Assembly (NCBI RefSeq): GCF_000143415.4
Contig: NW_003314272.1
Location: forward strand, 1,088,184-1,152,183
Source of the DNA: Selaginella moellendorffii
Taxonomy: Eukaryota > Plantae > Lycopodiophyta
DNA: 64,000 nt
Direction: 5' to 3'
Shown here piece by piece: positions 22,803 to 34,021 of this stretch (position 1 is its first letter; the number at the start of each line of letters is the position of its first letter). The notes below the pieces were generated by a model. The model saw only the letters and a program-made list of their open reading frames with translations, was not told the DNA's origin and did no database searches. Both the position numbers and the translations under genes were made by a program.

Positions 22803-24964
22803 CTAGCGTGCGCTCGTAGCAGTCAAGGGAGAAGCTGCGTAAGAAGAGCCGGTTTGAGACGTCGTCGTTGTCGTCGTCGTTGTCCAACCATGGTGGCGAA
22901 TCTGTCCAAAGTAGTTGGGACTGTCTACCGTGGTGAGCGGCTCTAGCTCGAGGTAACCCATGAGCATCGCAACCACGGCACTCATCGTTGGCCGGCTCCC
23001 TTCAAATTCTCGGCTACACAGCAATGCGACGTGCGTGGCTCGGTGAGCCTCTTCTGCGATGTAAAACTTTTCCAGTCTAGGATCGATTAATTCTTCGAGC
23101 TTTCCAGCACCAAAGAGGCTCCAAGCCTGCCACCAGAAGAAACAAGTAAGAAACACCAAGCTTGAGATCATGTTTTACCCATTGCGCAAGGATTTCTTCT
23201 TCCACAGGAAGTGTGTCATCCATGCACTTCCTGCCGCTGATGATCTCGAGAACAAGAACTCCAAAGCTGAAAACATCGACTTTGGAAGATAATCGCCCTC
23301 GAAGAACGTACTCGGGTGCCATGTATCCACTATTACACACTGGTGAGTTCCAGAATAACAAGCCAGAAAGGAGAAACGCTTACACTGTCCCGGCCACTCT
23401 CGTGGTTGTGTTTTCTTTCTCCACTCCCGCCAGCTTGGAGATTCCAAAGTCGGAGATCTTCGGCTGGAGCATTTTGTCAAGGAGGATGTTGCTGGCCTTG
23501 ATGTCCCGGTGTATAACCTGTTCGTGTGATTCCTCGTGGAGATAAGCGAGGCCTTTCGCCACTCCCACGATAATCTGGAAGCGAGCTGGCCAATCTAAGA
23601 GTAAACTCTTTCCTGGCAATGACTACCTAGTTACAATGAGCTTAAAGGAAAGATGGATTCATTTACCGAACAGTGTTTGATCGAGGCTCCCTTTCTCGAG
23701 AAACTCGTAGACGATAAGCCGATGATTCCCCTCGCAACAGTATCCCTCGAGCATCACAAGATTTTTGTGACGAATGGCGGTGATGATATCGATCTCATTC
23801 ACAAACTCCATCTTTCCTTGCTGAGACCCCACCGAAAGCCTCTTCACAGCAAACACGGTTCCATCGCCAAAGAAAGCCTACACACACGAGCTGACAAGTT
23901 TAGAAGTTGGCAAAGTTTATATTTTCTGTGCTTGCCTTGTACACGGTGCCAAATCCGCCTTGTCCGAGTTTGTTTCGGTCGCTAAAGTCTTCGGTGGCCT
24001 CACACAAATCCCGGTAAGAAAACGCGATGGGTCCTCTCGAACTCCCTGAAAACACAAAGCTTCAACAAAGCGAGAAGAAGAGGAGGAAATGTCCTACTTT
24101 GCAGTTCTGAAGAAGGAACTCGAGGCAACCCTCGTCGTCGTCGTCGTCGGGACCTTCTGCGCTTGACGAGCAGAAGTCCGGCAACTCCCAGGATCAAAAA
24201 CACTGGCACCACAACACCAGCCACAATGGCTGCTGTGTTGCTTGATCCGCCACTGCCACCGCCTGAAAGAACGAATTCTCTTCTAGCTCAAAGGTTTGAT
24301 TTGTACCTGGAGTGCTAGCAGGAGGTCGAGCCGTTGGAGGGGGAACCACTGGAGGTGGAGCTGGAGCGGAGGCATTTGGACCCAATATTCCTAGCGTCCC
24401 TGGATAAACAATGATGGAAGAACTTTGACATTGGAAAGAAACAAGGAAAAACTTTGAGGCAAGAAACCAAGAAGCAAACCCGATGGCAAGTCTCTCGTAA
24501 AATTGCTATTCTCGAACCGCATGTTGCATCTTTCTGCTGTGGAATTCCTCCAGAAACGGGCACCAATTGGAAATCTCTGAGTGAAACTCAATGAATCCAT
24601 CGTCTAGAAGTTGATCGAAACTTACAGCTCGGGCATTGGCATACGCCTGCTGGATGCAAGATGAGCAGCTGGGCTGGTCCGACATGTTGTAGCAAGCCGT
24701 GTGCGCGTAGGCGATGTTGGGAAACGCACCATATCCGAGAGAAGTTGCAAATCCATTGGAGGGATTGAACCCCTGGAGGAATTCGAAGACCGTGTCGAGA
24801 TTTCGCTGGAATGGGCTGCCTTCGCTGGTGTTGGCGGTGTTGTAGTAGAGAACGTTTGCTAGTTGACCTGGATCCGTGACGTCCACTGGTCGCTGCTGCT
24901 GTGCTGCGAGAGGCCGTGTGCCAAAACAAAGAATGAGAAGAAGAACCCACCACAAGCAGCTCAT
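22803..24964 (-). CDS. Single-DUF26 cysteine-rich receptor-like kinase (CRK copy 1)
   Basis: Signal peptide, [13 protein letters not shown], Pro-rich linker, TM plus [38 protein letters not shown] and RPTMS; appears intact after splicing. Confidence 0.9.
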
Positions 24965-25029
24965 CTCTAATCCTATATTTCCCTCCCGGCCATAGATCAT
25001 ACATCTAGTTTTGTCAGGATTTCATCTTA

Positions 25030-26652
25030 TATGATTTTTACCCTCGCTTGCTCGTAAAGTGCGTTTAACAGTTCCATGTCACGTCCATTGTCCCGATCGA
25101 GATTAGAGCTTCTCCTTCGCGAATTATCGGTTGGAAATGAGAAACACGAGGGACCCGAGGTCGAGGTAGCCGAGCAACATCGCCAAAACGTCGCCCATTG
25201 CCGGTCGAAGCTCTCCAGTCTTGGGTGCAAAGCAAAGCAACGTGAAGCGTTCTGTGGACTTCCTGGCGACATAGTCATTCCCGACTCTCTCATCGACGCA
25301 CTCGTCCAATCTCCCAGCCTCGCTCAAGTTCCAAGCCTACACCACAGTGTCACCGTTAAGTTTGTATGGAAGTTATCGATACAATGCCAAACTTTCGAGC
25401 GGCACCAGCAGTTCTTCCTTGTCCGTTCGTGTTATGTCCACGCGAGCACGACTCTAAAGCTGAACACGTCGGCCTTGGACCCACCAATCAGACAAACTTA
25501 ACACGCACAGAACTTAAAAACTTAAAAGTGCCAGCCACGTTTGTGCTCGTGAAACCTTTCTCGATGTCAAAGAGGTTTGAGATCCCAAAGTCAGCGATTT
25601 TGGGCTCCAAAGTGCTAGTCAAGAGGATGTTGCTGGCTTTGATGTCTGATTCGAGAAGATCGCCACAAATAAAAAGGGAGAGAAGAGAGCGAACAAAGAA
25701 AACCAAGAACACGCAAGAACACAAGCAGCGACACGAATCCGATCGAAAGGCGACCGCCGTGTAGATACGCAAGGGCACTGGTGGGCAATCTGGATTCCTA
25801 TCATGATCCAATATGAAAGTGAAAAAGGATGAACAACTTACCAGGCTCCCTTGCTCCAAAAATTCATAGACAAGAAACCTGTCGTCCCCTTGCACAACAA
25901 GGTTCCTATGCTGGACGCTGGAGCTCATTCACAAACTCCTTATCTCCTTGTAGCGAGAGCTTCTTTACTGCCACTCCTCGGCCTACAAAAAAAGCTACAT
26001 GAAACCAATTTTAGCTTTCCACCTTGCTTTCCAAGAAAATCAAAGTTTGTAGACTCAAAGACTACAAAGAAAGAAGTTTTAGCTATGGACGACGAAAGAA
26101 GAGTGTTCCCACCACAGCACCAGGTATAACGCCCTTTCTCCTCCCAGCTGTAGCTAGAGCTGGATTTAGAGATGAAATGTTTGGACCCGGAGGAGAGTTA
26201 TTACTAACTTTTATGGTTTTACCAGGAACGATCGCAAAGCTGAAAGGATCGTATCTCATGCGACCTTTGAAAGGTCTGGTTGATCCAAATGACACCACCA
26301 GTGGCATACCAAAGAACGCTTTGGATGTTCATGTAGGCGTCCTGGATGCACTGTCCACAGCTCGGCTGGTCGGACATGTTGTAGCAGCCACTGTGTGCGT
26401 AGACAGCGTGTGGAAAGCTGCTGTAGCCAAGGCACGTCGCATAGCCGCCATAGCCAAGGCTCGCTGCATAGCCGTCTGGCGGATTGTGCTTGTAGAGGAA
26501 CTCCAGGACGGCCACCACATTTCGCTGGTAAGTGCTGTTCGCGCTGGTGTTTGTTGGGAAGTAGTATACCAGATTTGGCTCTGTGTCTGGGTTTGGATCG
26601 TCTGGTGAGATAACGAGCGGCCAGCGACACATGCCAAGATCAGCCACAGCAT
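25030..26652 (-). pseudogene. CRK pseudogene (copy 2) with many deletions
   Basis: DUF26 exon nearly identical to copy 3 but frameshifted after the signal peptide; kinase fragments ([25 protein letters not shown]) are separated by deletions. Confidence 0.85.
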
Positions 26653-27316
26653 CCTACATTCTGCGGCTGGAACTAGAACTCTACATTTCGTTTTTCAACT
26701 CTTGCATTTTTTTCTCACTGCGAGAGTTCCATCTCAACTTCGGGCAATCAAAATGTCAGGAGGAGAAAAAGTCAATGAGCACGATTGCTCAAGCTTTCAA
26801 CGCTGGCAAAGAATGAATTGCAGCTCTAGTGGACAAATGGTCAAGATATTGAGGTGCTTGACGTTGTCATTAGTGCGACAAATAGCTGGATCCAGCTCGT
26901 GGAGTTTCAACTTCACGATCTCTACGGACAACCCAAGGAAAACCTACTACGCGGCTTGTCCAGGGAATCGCTAGTACTTATACTTGTCCGGGAGCTCAGT
27001 ACCTGGCCAAAGTGAAGGTTTTTATAATCGTGGCTAATTAACAGCTTCTTGCCCAACTCAAAAACCTAGAGCTGTTACTATACTCCTATATTTCCAACTC
27101 AAAGAACACGATGAAGTGGCGTGGATGGCGCTCATCACTGGGTTTGCGCGGCAGAAAGATTGCAAGAGTGCAAGCTAACACGATGGTTTAAGAGAAACTC
27201 TAGTAAAATGTGTTCGATCCAGCTTCAGCGTACCTTTCTTCTTTATTTCCTGGGCTTGAGAAGACTTGGACAAGATCTTAAAGTCGGCAGAGTCCGGAAA
27301 CTTCCGACACTTTTGC

Positions 27317-29370
27317 TCAACGCGGCATGTCCATGGAATTCAAGTAATCGCTACTTGTAGTCGTTGAGGAGCTCATTACCAGGCCAAAGTGAAAGGGAGC
27401 TTGGGTGGGAAGAGCGCCAATCTCGAGATATCCCAGCAACATGGCCACAACGTCACTCATTGTTGGTCGAGCTTCCTCATGTTCTTGCGTACACAGCATG
27501 GCAACACGGAGCAGCCTAGAAACCTCGTCCACCGCGTAGTCACCGCCCAGCCTCTTGTCAATGCATTCGCTCATCCTGTTTGCCATGACGAGTTTCCAAG
27601 ACTGCAGCCATGACACCATTGGTTATCGGTTCTAATTTGATCGACTTACCAGTTGAAGTAAGAGCTCTTCTTCGGCTGGCAATGCCGGATCCACGCACTT
27701 TCTGCCGCTGGCGATCTCCAGGACGAGGATTCCATAGCTGAAGACATCAGCTTTGGTCGTCAATCGCCCTCGAGTTGCGTACTCGGGTGCCATGTATCCA
27801 CTAGAAGAATGGCGTGAGTTTCGTCCAGACTGTGGAAGGAAGAGGAGATCAAACTTACAGTGTGCCGGCCACCTTTGTGCTCGTGAAGCCGAAGCCTTTG
27901 TCCAAGTCGAAGAGCTTTGATATCCCAAAGTCGGAGATCTTTGGCTGCAGCTTGTCGTCCAAGAGGATGTTGCTGGCTTTGATGTCTCTGTGGATAATCT
28001 GAACATGAGACTCCTCGTGCAAGTAAGCAAGACCCCGAGCTATCCCAATGGCGATTTGAAAGCGTGAGTGCCAGTCAAGGACCACATTTGATCCAGAACC
28101 TGCGGATGGAATTTTTAATTTTGTTAGAAGGAGAAACAAAGGAAGAAGCAAAAGATTATTACTGAAGAGCGCCCGGTCAAGGCTGCCTTTGTTGAGGAAC
28201 TCGTAGACGAGCAGTCTTTCATCTGCCTCGACACAATAGCCTTTGAGCCTTACAAGATTTCGGTGTTGGATTCCTGTGATAATGGTGATCTCGTTCACGA
28301 ACTCTCTGTTGCCTTGGTTGGACTGCAACGAGAGCTTCTTCACTGCTACTTGCGAGCCATTGTTTAAGGTGGCCTACAAGATTTAGACAGATAGTTCTAC
28401 TGTGCGACTTCACATAAAAAACAGCTAACCTTGTAAACAGTTCCAAATCCACCTTGACCGAGCTTGCTTTCCACAGAGAACCCCCTGGTCGCCGCACACA
28501 AATCCTTGTAAGAAAAGACCACATGGAGACCTTGATCAAGGTGGGTCCATCTTCAGCAAGTTAGAAGCACTTCAGATTTCCTTACCCTTGATGATCCCAA
28601 AGTCTTCGCATTTCTCCGATTTCTCCGATTCTCTTCTTCGCCTTGTTAACAAGAAGAACCCAAGAACAGCACAAACAAAACAAAACACAGCTCCTCCCAC
28701 CACAGCACCAGCTATCACGCCATTTCTCGTCCCAGCATTTTGCTTGCCAGTAGCTGGAGCTGGATCTGGAGGAGCTGGAGCTGGATCTGGAGGAGCTGGA
28801 GCTGGAGCTGGAGCTGGATCTGGATCTGGATCTGGACCTAAAGCTAGACCTGGACCTGGTGCTGGAGCTGGAGATGAAATGTTTGGACCCACAATGCCCA
28901 AAGTACCTAGAAGAAAAAGAAGAACGAAGGTATTGCACTTAAATTTTTGTGGTCTTACCAGGAACGATCTCAAAGCTGGAAGGATCGTATCTCATGCGGC
29001 ACCTTTGAAAGGTTTGGTTGATCCAAATCGCACCACCAACGGCATACAGATTAACACTTTGGATGTTCGTGTAGGCGTTCTGGATGCACTGTCCACAGCT
29101 CGGCTGGTCGGACATGTTGTAGCAGCCACTGTGCGCGTAGACAGCGTTTGGGAAGCCGCCATAGCCAAGGCTCGTTGCATAGCCGTCTGGGGGATTGTTC
29201 TTGTAGAGGAACTCCAGGACGGCCACCACATTTCGCTGGTAAGTGCTGTTCGTGCTGGTGTTTGTTGGGGAGTAGTATACCAGATTTGGCTCTGTGTCTG
29301 GGTTTGGATCGTCTGGTGGCGCTCGAGCTACCGAGCGGCCAGCGACACACGCCAGGATCAGCCACAGCAT
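27317..29370 (-). CDS. Single-DUF26 CRK (copy 3) with an Ala-Pro/Asp-Pro repeat stalk
   Basis: [11 protein letters not shown] signal peptide, [18 protein letters not shown] linker, TM and a complete RD kinase; the frame is consistent using GT-AG introns, including 28531-28585. Confidence 0.88.
28746..28872. repeat. Hexamer (GCTGGA/TCTGGA) tandem array encoding the Pro-rich stalk of CRK copy 3
   Basis: Directly visible tandem hexamers; the minus strand encodes PAPAPGPG...[13 protein letters not shown]. Confidence 0.9.
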
Positions 29371-31589
29371 CCTAGAGTCTGTTGTTAAAACTCTACATTT
29401 CCTTTTTGGTTGCATTTTTTTTTTCACTGTCCGTCTTGAGACTTGCTATGGCGTGCAAAAGGGTGAGTGTTATTGTGGCAGATTTCACTCACAATATGGT
29501 GTCCATGTGGCAGTTTCCTATTGGTTCAGCATTAAATGTCATTTGGATGCCTCATGAATACCCCATAATATGAACAATGTACTATACATAGATGCCACAT
29601 ATCATCAAATTTGACCCCATAAGATAGGGATTCATCAGGTCATAAGGCTTAGGCGATGCGTTGCGCAGAAGGGCGGTCGCGCATTGAGCATTGTGGGTCA
29701 GTGCAGCGCAGCACCCTCACTCTCTCTGGCCTAGGGCACCCACGAATGATGATGAATTTGTAGGAGACCTTCCTTGCCTTAGCGCCCTGCTTTAGTGCTC
29801 TGTTATTCTATGCTTTATAAAATCTGTTCTTGGCTATGGTGTAGGGGATATTTCGGGTGGTATGGAGAGCTGCAGTGTTGCTAGGGATTGATAGCAATGG
29901 CTGCGATCACAGCTCCAGATTCCAGTGTTCTGGAGCAATTCCATCACTTGTCATCGGCTTCTCCCCTGCGTTGCCATCCAACTCGACGACCTCCATCCTC
30001 AAGAATTGTGGCGCAAGATGGAGGAAGCAGGAGGATTCGACGATCGCCTAGATGCTGCAGCAGGTAACAATGGGAGCATTGATGATTGCGAACAGCACAG
30101 TGGCAGTTGGCAATGCGGGGAGGACACGGCGATGGCCATCGATGATGATCAAGGCTACCACACTCCCAAATTTTAGATGGAGTTCACTTACGCTTGCTAT
30201 GAACACTATGTTAAAAGAGGTGTGCCAAAAAAGGATAATTCAGTTCTTTTGCCATGAGTGCCAAGAGCAAGATGTGAGAATATAGTGCTCTAGATAAGGT
30301 AGTATGGTTCGATTGTCGATTTAGTTTGCAACATTAACAACTTGCTAGAATTCATGGGATGAATGGGCCATGAATGGCTCCATTCCATACATAGCATGGG
30401 TCATTGCTATGGGCATGATGCCCCATCCGGGGCATAAGGATTGGATATTCATAAAATATTCTATGCCTGTGTTTTTATCACACTCATAATACATATGGAC
30501 CAATAACAAGCATGTGAGTGAAATCCACTGTTGTAAAATCCACCCTTTTACGAATTGCACGCCATACTTGCAAAGAATGGGTTGTAGAATGAGACCTTGA
30601 ATATATAAATTTGAAAGCAAAAATAATTTAAAGCAGTCAATTCAAATGTAAGATAGTGTGCTCATGTTTCCCTCATAACATAGTTGAACGGAGAATGACT
30701 CAATAGAATATAGATGTTGTCCATCTGCAATGTAAGCAGCTAAGATCATTTAAATGTTGTAGATTGATCTCTTTTCATCCATGTTTTGAAGGTTTGTTCC
30801 AATTAGGAGGGTATATGCCATGTTTGCCAAAAGGAGTTTGTGAAAGGAGATCCATTTGCAATCCATGCTATACCATCACCCAAGTTAATGCTGGTTGTCC
30901 AAGTTAATGGAAACCAAGATGGCATATATAGTAAGTTTGTTAAATCAAGATGCATGAGCAAGTGTGAGACATATTTGACACTCTCAATATAAAAGCACCA
31001 TGGCTGCCATCATACTGCTCGGAGAAGATGGTCCTAGAAGTGGCAAAAGGTGGAGATTGGAAAGATGGCATTTCTAGTTGATAAAGATGGAGTTTGTACC
31101 AATTGAACATGTGTTTTAATCCATATGGCACTAGGAGAAAAGATCCATTGGGATATTCCTTTGCAATTTGGGTGCCCCTATGAGACAAAGTATAGAAATC
31201 TAGTTTTAGGAGATTTGGTTGGGAATATGAAATATAAAGAGGAGGAGGATGACAAGGAGTTAGGTTGACCCTTACCTTTTTTCTCAAGCATCTAAAAGTG
31301 TTTTTGTAAAATTATAATGGAAAGTGTTTTCCAAAGGGATTTCATGGCTTGTCAATGGCAACATAGTGGCCTGAAGCTTGTGTGTGAGCATTCCACAGCC
31401 TACTAGTGGCAATATAGTAAGCTTAAAATAGTGATTTTGAATCTAAGAGTGTTTTTGAGAGATATTTTACTAGGAGGATTTAGAGGTTTTGAGGGAGAAT
31501 TCTACAGTAGGAGAGAGTGGTTCATAGCTTATTAACAGCAATGCAATGGCAATCAATAGAAGAGCATTCTTGATTTACTTCCTACAAGG

Positions 31590-33540
31590 GTGTGTGACAA
31601 TGGGGCAATTGGGGGTAATTGCACGTTGCCTAACACTTTGGAACCTCAATTTTACTAGTTCTATGGTGGTTTGTAGCAAGCTAGTGAAAACATAGTGGCC
31701 CCAACTCCTCCCCTCTTTCTTTATCCTTTCTCGAATAAGATTCCTCCTATATAATGCAACAAGGAATTGGGACTCTTAGTTTGACTAATTGGTCATTCTA
31801 GCTAACAAGTGAGTTGGGTAGTCTTGAATTTGCCTAGCCTTTATTGTTGTAGTTACTTTCATGTGTTTTGGAGGGACTTGCTCAGGTGGGCCACATGGTA
31901 AATTTAGGATATTCCACAAACACATGGGGAAATAGTGGTGAACTTCATTGTTTGGTATACCTTGGTATCAGAGAAAAGAGTTAACATCTTGCATATATAA
32001 ATGTAGGGGAGGAGTTTGGAAGATCTTGCTATTCTTTAATCTAGAAAGTAGTGAGTTGGTTTGGAAAGATTCTCAAAATAATTACACTAATGCTATGTTT
32101 ATTTACCCTTGTCTCGTGGTATCTATGAGAATGGTAAATGAAAGTTTAATTTCTAAAGCATTAGAGGACAATTCTTGGAGAAAATCTAAGTAGCACACTT
32201 AGATTAAACATCAATAAGGAAGAATTAGTCAAAAAAGAGGTGATAAAAGGATTCCAACCATCCATTAGTGGACTTATAAAAGGTGCTACAATAACATCAC
32301 CAACAACAATAATGCCAATAGCTAGGCTACCAAAAGGGTGGTTAAAACAATGGATTCTTCAATAAAGAAAAATTCCAAAATCTAGGACTATAGTAAACCA
32401 AGAGGAGCTATCATATGATGATTTCACCTCCTTCTATAGGGTTAGAGAATTTTATAAAGGAAGAAGGCATAGATTTTAATTGGCATTTAGTAGAGCAACT
32501 TCATAATGCCATAATAGGAAGTTCTTATAGGTGAAAGTGTGGAATCATAAGAGTCCTTTAAAATTTGGTTATGGACGTGGAAGTAATAACCATAGGGGAT
32601 GAAAATTGCAATCCTCACTATTAAATCATTTAGAAAGTTCCAATAATAAGAACACCAACAACCCAAAGGCATATGAAAAGAGGATGTGGCCAAGAGGTGG
32701 GATATTTGCTTTAAGGATCAATCAATTTATAATTGAGGGGGCTTAGGGGATCTAGAGGATGCTTCTAGACCCCTTGATAAAGGAACTTCCATTTTGGTTA
32801 AGATGTAAAAGAATTGGACTAGGTAGATACTTAAATGTTCACCAAAAAGAAGATCTTTATGTTCTAGCTACTTATAATTTTATATTTGGTGCGTTTGCTT
32901 ATAAAGGATCACTAAAATGTTCAAAGGGTTAAAAAACCTTGTTGCACTATATGGATGTGATGCCACTATCTTTGGCAACTTTAAATTGCCTAATTTTAGA
33001 CCAGATGCAAAACTGGTTGGCAACCCTTTTTACAACAAAATAGGTGAATGGCTGGTTAGCCTAGAACACTTTTCTATGGACTAAAAGTGTAATATCCACT
33101 AGAGTCTAGTGAAAGTTTGGAGATTAGTTTTTCAATTTAGATAGTTAAAGGCTCCTACATGAGCTTGTGAGAAGGACTCAAAAGGACAGTGAGATTGTCT
33201 AAACTTTTGCAAATGCCCTAAGTCAATTTGTATGTTCGAGAATAATGTTCTTAATCTACTTTTTGCAAGGTTATGTGATAGTGGGGCAATTAAGAATGGC
33301 TTGTATCCAACTAATGGAAACATAATAGCCCCAAACCATCCCCTCCCCTTAAAGTACCTTTCTTCATCCTCTCTTGCACAAAATTCTTTTTGCATAATGC
33401 AATAAGGATAGCTTGACCAATTAATCTTTCTAGTCAATGAGTGAGTTGGGTAGCCTTGGATTTGTCTAACCTCCCATGCTGTAGCTACCCAAGTGGGCCA
33501 CATGGGAGATTTAGGATATTCCATAGACACATGGGTGAGT
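31590..33540 (+). repeat. Diverged direct repeat pair (about 31590-31930 and 33270-33540) in a decayed-transposon region
   Basis: Shared blocks in the same order: tggggcaatt, ataatgcaa, gtgagttgggtag, gtgggccacatgg, atttaggatattcca and acacatggg. Confidence 0.6.
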
Positions 33541-33844
33541 TTGACTGCTTGGGTGGTAGAAGTTAAATCCAATGGGGAAGAGTTGAGATGTGGGAAAAAC
33601 ATGCATAGGTTCTCAAACACTAAGAAGAGTTTATTCTTGGCAAGTTAATATCTTCTTCCAGTTCTCAAGGCACAAAGGTTGGGAAGATCATTCATGGCAA
33701 TTTATCATGGCAAATGGTAGCAGTATGGTGGATTCTTTGATGGGATGAACAACAGAATGACCAAGGGCTTCCATGATCTAATTCTCTCGATCAGCTTGCT
33801 CCCTGGCATGATGCTAGAGACCATCTACAAAACTGAAACATAAA

Positions 33845-34021
33845 TGTCAATCCACTCTTGGCAACCTTTGTAATCTGTGAACAATGCAATTCCTGAGTGG
33901 AGCATACACCCATCTGTGGCTGGAAAAAGGCAAGCTTGAATGGCTATAATAGATGGGTGTATGCTTCACTCGGGAATTGCATTGTTCACAGATTACAGAG
34001 CTTGCCTAGAGTGGATTGACA
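33845..34021 (+). ncRNA. Long hairpin, candidate miRNA or hairpin-RNA precursor
   Basis: 71-nt arms at 33845-33915 and 33951-34021, ungapped, with 5 differences, 3 of which are G:U pairs on the + strand RNA. Confidence 0.5.

Noticed and set aside
22516-22887. ORF bridging the CRK copy 1 tail and the lipase, suggesting a CRK-lipase fusion
   Set aside because: No ATG start, different frame from the kinase, and it would need a 35-nt intron; ATG 22550 with a 52-nt intron fits better.
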